Source: Cyanidioschyzon merolae
Taxonomy: Eukaryota
Reading direction: 5' to 3' (one strand)
Assembly (NCBI GenBank): GCA_000091205.1
Contig: AP006488.2
DNA length: 64,000 nucleotides
Every line of letters begins with the position of its first letter. The stretch's first letter is position 1. The notes beneath the pieces were generated by a model. That model was not told the origin of the DNA. It made no database searches and saw only the letters and a list, made by a program, of their open reading frames with translations. This document shows positions 58,971 to 64,000 of this stretch, piece by piece. A program made the position numbers and the translations under genes.

Positions 58971-59720
58971 GAACAGTGCTGGCACTTGGTTTAAGTTCTG
59001 GCTTTGGATTCAGATGAGAAGCCGTCACTGTTTGTAATGAAACAGGATTGCAGGCTCGCACATCTACGCGAGCGGAAAGCCCGCGACGAATGCGGAGAAG
59101 GCTCAAATTTCCGTTACTTGTTTGAGAGTGCTCTGACAGGGACGGAAATGGGTGTTTGAAGGGAGGTCATACATTCTGAGCTGCGCATCATGATGTGAAA
59201 CAGCGGATCCCGTGGTTGTTCTCGGCAAAGCATCTGCATCCCTGAGGGTGCAAACGCTTCCAAGGACCAAGCGGAAACTGTACTCTCGCTTACCGCTGCA
59301 TGCTACGATTGAAACCTTGAAGTGCATACAATGAGGTGCCTAGCATAAAAGGAATATACTTTATTGGATGATGTGCGTCTGCGCCAGGTTGTTCTGCAGA
59401 ACGCCTTGTGCTGGGCTGCCGATACGCCTGGAGTGTGCAGCGCTTTGAGCCGCTTTGCTCTATCCTTATCCATAGCAAGCGCCCAGCTGAGACTTTGGTG
59501 AGGATAGTATTCAAACAGCTCCCACGGATTCCTCATTCGCAGTTCGAAAGTATCCTGCTCCATGTCAGAGCCAAGTCAGCGCCGTTTGAATATATCTAAT
59601 GCCAGAGAACTCTAGGTGCCTGAGCTGAATCGCGGAGTCGGTATCTGCTGCGCTTGCCTGCTATGCATGTCTTTGAGGCCGTGGTATCATGCTGGCATTC
59701 TAAATCCCTAAATTACTGGA

Positions 59721-61108
59721 ATGGGCCAGTGAAGCGCTCGCTCTGTGCCTGCCTTTTGAACATTTCCCCGACTTTTCCTCGATACACGGCCTCGACATTC
59801 AATGTGCGGCTCTAACTGCTACTCGACTCAATGTTAGAGTTAGAATCCTCGGTCGTGTGTTCAGGGCGGCTCGTTTGACTCCTTTCTCCTGGCATTCGTG
59901 GCGCCAACGGAATCAAGATGACTCGGGGCGCCGTCGAACACGCGTTGGTGGCATATCCGAAAATATGGTTTTCCGGTTCGAGCGCCCAAGCGTCCACGCT
60001 TGTCCTTGCCTAAAATGTAGCCTGCCCGGATCACGCATGCTTCGCGTACTCAATGGACCTGCTTGGAGGCCACCCGTGGGCACGGCAATTTGTGCAGATG
60101 GATTTGCGAGGCGGACAACTCGACGTCGTGCCCTGGCGACATGCTCGCAGGCTCATGCCGGGCGTTCACTTTACTTGACACGCCGAATGGTGGATTCGGT
60201 TCGAGAGACCGATCGTGCGCTGCTTGCGGCCGTCGACGACTCGGCATTCGACAGCAGCATGGTACCTCTCAGGGCTGGTACGCTCGCAGATGTTCCTGTC
60301 TCCCCTGTTCGGACTGCAACGAGACTTGCACCGGGCCTCGAGGCACCGCATGGATCGCTCTCAGCAGAGCGTGCGTCACTGCTGAGCACGAAGCGAGTGC
60401 AGAGGGGTCGACACTTCTGGATCGACAGTTCTTAATCGAGCTCGTCTGTACTGATATCCCAGAACTTGCATCGTCATCGACAACATTGCGTTCCGCAAAT
60501 GCTTTGTCGAACGGAGCAACGAACGCATTCGTATGCAGCGGTTAGCGTACTCGCCGAGTGATCGCCAAGAAGAAGCGGATCATCATCGCAGGGTCCGGCA
60601 TCTGAAGCTGAGCCCGAGGAGGGCATTGACGGGTGTCGTCTGTAGCCATAGAAGGCATGCACTGAGCGACGGAGCTGGTGTCCTCGTCCCCCAGAGCAGC
60701 CCACGGAGGGGCAGGCACAGTGGACACACAGGAATCGCGGATCACGGTGATGGGTCCGCGCTGCAAAGCGCTTACCTGGGCTGTTTATAGAAGAGGTGCA
60801 CGAATCGAGTGCGGCATGGACCCGAACTGCTGCCTGATGATGAAATGCGTTCGCGAGAGCGGGAAGCAGTAGAATCGGGGCTTGCGCGTTGCTATCAGCA
60901 GACCTCGACTGCTGAGACTGAACCATGAGGCACCGGAGAGACCTGCTCATTTCAGGCGGGGGATGAGATAGAGAGCGATGAAAAGGTATCGTGTGCTGGA
61001 AAGCCCGGAGAGACTTGTAATGATGACAGTGGGAACTGGCCGATTGTTTATGGTGCACACCTGCTTTAGCGTAGTTGGACGCGTTCCACTTGAGTCTGAC
61101 ATGGGTAT
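59721..61108 (+). repeat. Repeat R1 copy C (left-truncated, ~1.39 kb; corresponds to A positions 38271..39658)
   Basis: ORFs at 59812..59997, 59857..60435, 60063..60545 and 60474..61058 are identical or near-identical to the A and B equivalents. C shares the B-specific variants (ATRLAPGLE; HKLPCPRV; GHGNLCRW; TSQGW). Confidence 0.9.
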
Positions 61109-61202
61109 CTCGGTCGCGTCAATGGCGTTCTCCGCTAAATTGCGTAGCGTTTCCGCCGTGGATGATTCGTCGCAAAACAAGTAACCGTTCTCAGGACACA
61201 AT

Positions 61203-61469
61203 ATGCACCCTGCCGGACAGCAGTTGTCAGAGCGCTTATTTTACTGCTTCATGTTTCTGACTTCTTTGGTTTGTCTGATCGAAACCTGGCGAACAGACGA
61301 TCTCCGCAGATTCGCGCTCTTTTTCGCTATTGGTAGCACGCTAGCGCTCTTAGCCTGTGTCCCTGACTGGCCAGTCTATCGAAAAAAAGCTATCACTTGG
61401 AGAGAAATCCCAGCAGCAGTGAGCGTACCGACGAGCTCTTCCGCTTCAAAAGCGTCGACGCCGCGATGA
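61203..61469 (+). CDS. SPCS1: Signal peptidase complex subunit 1 (SPCS1/SPC12 family)
   Basis: An 88-aa ORF with two TM helices. GQQLSERLF...FAIGSTLALLACVPDWPVYRKKAITW resembles human SPCS1 (GQKLAEQMF...[21 protein letters not shown]). Confidence 0.65.
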   Translation: MHPAGQQLSERLFYCFMFLTSLVCLIETWRTDDLRRFALFFAIGSTLALLACVPDWPVYRKKAITWREIPAAVSVPTSSSASKASTPR

Positions 61470-63274
61470 AAATAGGGCGAGAACGCTCGGCTCTGTGCCG
61501 TTCAAGGAAGCGTGCCCGTATGGAAAGGTTCACGTCTTTGGTCACGGGTATCTGCGGCCGTTACGGCAAAATAAACCAACACGTACATACGCGGGGACTC
61601 CAACACCATAAGGCAGCGCTACATTTTTCACCTGCATACGAGCCCAATTTGTAAGCAGTACGTCACGAGAACCATTTGCTCGATGACATGCTAGAAATGC
61701 GAAGCGATGCATGGATGGGGATGCCTTAGAAATATCAGAAAAAAGCGCTTTAATCCAGTCATCCTGCATGTACAGTACGAGCAGCGTCAACGCAACGTCA
61801 ATGCGTGCGGACAACCTATGTTGTGGGAGGCATTTGCGCGCCTGATGCTCTGCACCGGTAACCTCAGCAACATGTACACAATGACATAGCGACTACGGAG
61901 CCGTGCCTCCGGTTCCGTGTGTGCGCTAGGGTCTCCGTCTCCTCTTGGTTCTGAAGTTCCGACAGACACCCTCATTAGTGACGCGTAGTCTGTAAAGGCG
62001 ATCATTGATAGACAACGCACTGTGCTGAAGGACCTCGGGGGACGCGATGCTCATCTGCGTGGCCAAATTAGAAGCGATAAAGCTGAGGCCTATGAAAGGT
62101 CCCGGAGCTCAGTGAACCCCTTGTGATCATCACGCGCTAATACGAATCCGCTCTCCTGGAGATGAAAGCTCCCTTACACAGTAAAGCATCGAAGGTGCTG
62201 TCTCGCTTTCTGAGGCCCGCTCTACTCGGGGCTCCAATCCCAATAAGAAAAACCAAGTCTCACGCTCGGGCAGCAAATGCAACGTTGTTGTAAATGCTTC
62301 TATATGATGCAGGGCCTGCAATTTGATGGTATCAGATTGGGATCACCGTCACTGCAGCTGCCAGAGAACGTGAGATATATGCGCTCAAAAAGATTATTCA
62401 GGAATGTAGAAGGTTTCCAGCGGCTTCTGGGCATCTGCGCTTGATCTGTTGCCGCAAAATGGAGCAGAGCACTGCTCACTAAGCTGGAGCATACCATGAT
62501 AATACCCAGCAATGCGGCCGAGAGTAGCCAAGAATACATATGGATGAGAGCAGTCGAGCGTCTGTCCGCACTTCCAGCTCAAGAGAGCGGTGTCGCCAGG
62601 CACACCTCGAGTCAGAAATTCTTGCAGCTGCACGGGCATCTGATTTGAACGTAGGCATCTGCAGCGAGAGTCTAAAAAAAAAATTTTCAAATATCACATA
62701 CCACGCAGCTCCGTGATCCTCGGACTCGATGCTCTGCACGATGCACGCTGCTTGTTGTAAATGCAAGGTGGGCATCTCGTTTGAGCTCTTTGGGGCTGCC
62801 TAGCACTCTTATTTCCAGACGGATTCCCAGTTTTCCTTGTTACGTTTCTCACAATTTCGCCGAATAGTTCGAAGATCATGCCAAGGCAGACATTCACATG
62901 CTATATAGCGCTTTTCGTTGGGACGGAAGCGACAAATACCACCTCCCCATGGTGGGTATCCAGGAGTGCGCTTTTCCTTCAAGCTCCATGCCTTTTAGAG
63001 CATGCGCGTAAGAGACGCAGGCTGTCGAGGCCCATGTGAACGTGCGCTTCAGAGGGAGACTATTTGGCACGGGTCGGCGTGGTGATCCGCTTCGAAACGT
63101 CGTTTATTGGAGTTATTGACTTCACGCCCGAATCTGACCGAAAGTCTCCGCGCGGTACGTTTGAGCGAAAAACCGCCCCCTGGAGCACTTTCCGGAACCT
63201 GCTGCACTAACATACTCGTGGTTCTAGTGTAGAGGAGAACGCGCTCGAAAAGAGCGAGACCGCGTTTCTCGAAT

Positions 63275-64000
63275 ATGTATGAGGCAAGCCCCAAACGACT
63301 GCCCTTGAGTGAGGTTGTGAAGCAGGCGCCGCAGCAACTAGGTCATAAGCGTCTCGTGTGCAAGCCCCAAGAGCAGCAAGTTGCAGTTGTCCTTGCTGCA
63401 GGAAGTGGCACGCGTTTCCATTCAGAGACTCCAAAGGTGATCTACCCTTTAGATGGTAAACCGCTTGTCCGACACGTCGTTGAGGCCGTCGAACAGGTGG
63501 ACGTGCCCACCGTGGTTATCATCGGTCACGAAGGTAGTCGGGTGATGAAAGCTTTGGCGGATAAAAACGTAATATTCATAGAGCAAACTGAACGCGTAAG
63601 TTTTAACCACTGCAACTCTATGAACGGAGCGTGTGCTCGTTCAAGTCGCCCTATCAGGCCAGCAAGGCTTGCGCTGCGACAGCAGCTTTTGCTCTTCTAA
63701 CAAACACTTATTGCTCACGCTGTAGATTGGAATACTAACCATGCGCGTTAACACATGCACTTCGCACGCCGAGTCAGCTTGGCACCGCTCATGCTGTATA
63801 CCTTGCTCAGTACGCACTTCCGGAGCAATTTGACGGAGATATCATCGTTCTCTATGCTGACGTTCCCGGAGTCGATAAGGATCTGCTGCAGGCAGTCCTG
63901 GAGCGCAAACAAAACCATCGCCGTGCTGACCCCACCTTTGGTGCGCTGGTTGTTACCGGCAGCCGTTCACTCTCTCTCATGTCTGCATCAGGAAACTATG
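63275..64000 (+). CDS. glmU: Bacterial-type GlmU-like sugar-1-phosphate nucleotidyltransferase (UDP-GlcNAc pyrophosphorylase N-domain). Two exons: 63275..63595 and 63778..>64000. Partial at the window end.
   Basis: Exon 1: VVLAAGSGTRFHSETPKVIYPLDGKPLVRHVVEAV...VVIIGHEGSRVMKAL..NVIFIEQTER. Exon 2: LGTAHAVYLAQYALPEQFDGDIIVLYADVPGVDKDLLQAVLE. Together they are collinear with E. coli GlmU ([36 protein letters not shown]...[42 protein letters not shown]). Reading continuity requires removing 63596..63777. Confidence 0.8.
63596..63777 (+). other. Spliceosomal intron (182 nt, phase 0) in the GlmU-like gene
   Basis: The donor is GCG|GTAAGT at 63596. A perfect TACTAAC branch-point consensus sits at 63733-63739. 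The acceptor CAG ends at 63777. Splicing restores a continuous GlmU-homologous reading frame. Confidence 0.8.

Noticed and set aside
1-64000. Prokaryotic interpretation (defence islands, CRISPR, operons)
   Set aside because: Gene content is unmistakably eukaryotic: POLA2, TRAPP-like, AGC kinase with polyQ, CEPT, SPCS1, Sgf11-ZnF. The GlmU-like gene has a spliceosomal intron with a TACTAAC branch point. Genes are monocistronic with divergent and convergent arrangement. No direct-repeat/spacer architecture exists anywhere.

Overview
This window is eukaryotic nuclear DNA, not prokaryotic. Its GC content is moderate to high. It is gene-dense, and most genes are single uninterrupted ORFs. Two genes carry spliceosomal introns: one clear (GT donor within GCG|TAAGT, TACTAAC branch point, CAG acceptor) in a GlmU-type gene, and one less certain in an MCEE-like gene. 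Phosphoribulokinase is present, so the source is probably an intron-poor alga. Recognisable genes: MOSC-domain protein, PRK, a polyQ AGC-type Ser/Thr kinase, a GNAT acetyltransferase, a 1282-aa GH31 glycosidase, IscA, GST-zeta/maleylacetoacetate isomerase, a ~1255-aa TRAPPC11-like protein, an eIF4A-like DEAD-box helicase, DNA polymerase alpha subunit B, kynureninase, Cpn10/GroES, a protein with an Sgf11-type zinc finger, choline/ethanolamine phosphotransferase, signal peptidase complex subunit 1, and a partial bacterial-type GlmU-like nucleotidyltransferase. The most striking structure is a ~2.1-kb repeat with no database-recognisable coding content. It is present in three direct copies at >99% identity: two full-length copies 17.46 kb apart and one copy lacking ~740 bp of its left end. 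Its edges sit on or next to the start codons of flanking genes. A second, older ~1-kb dispersed repeat family (about 70-75% identity) occurs at four loci, including an inverted fragment pair. There is also a 67-bp tandem repeat and a 7.6-kb region with no long ORFs. No CRISPR arrays, no rRNA or tRNA genes, and no prokaryotic-style defence loci were found.
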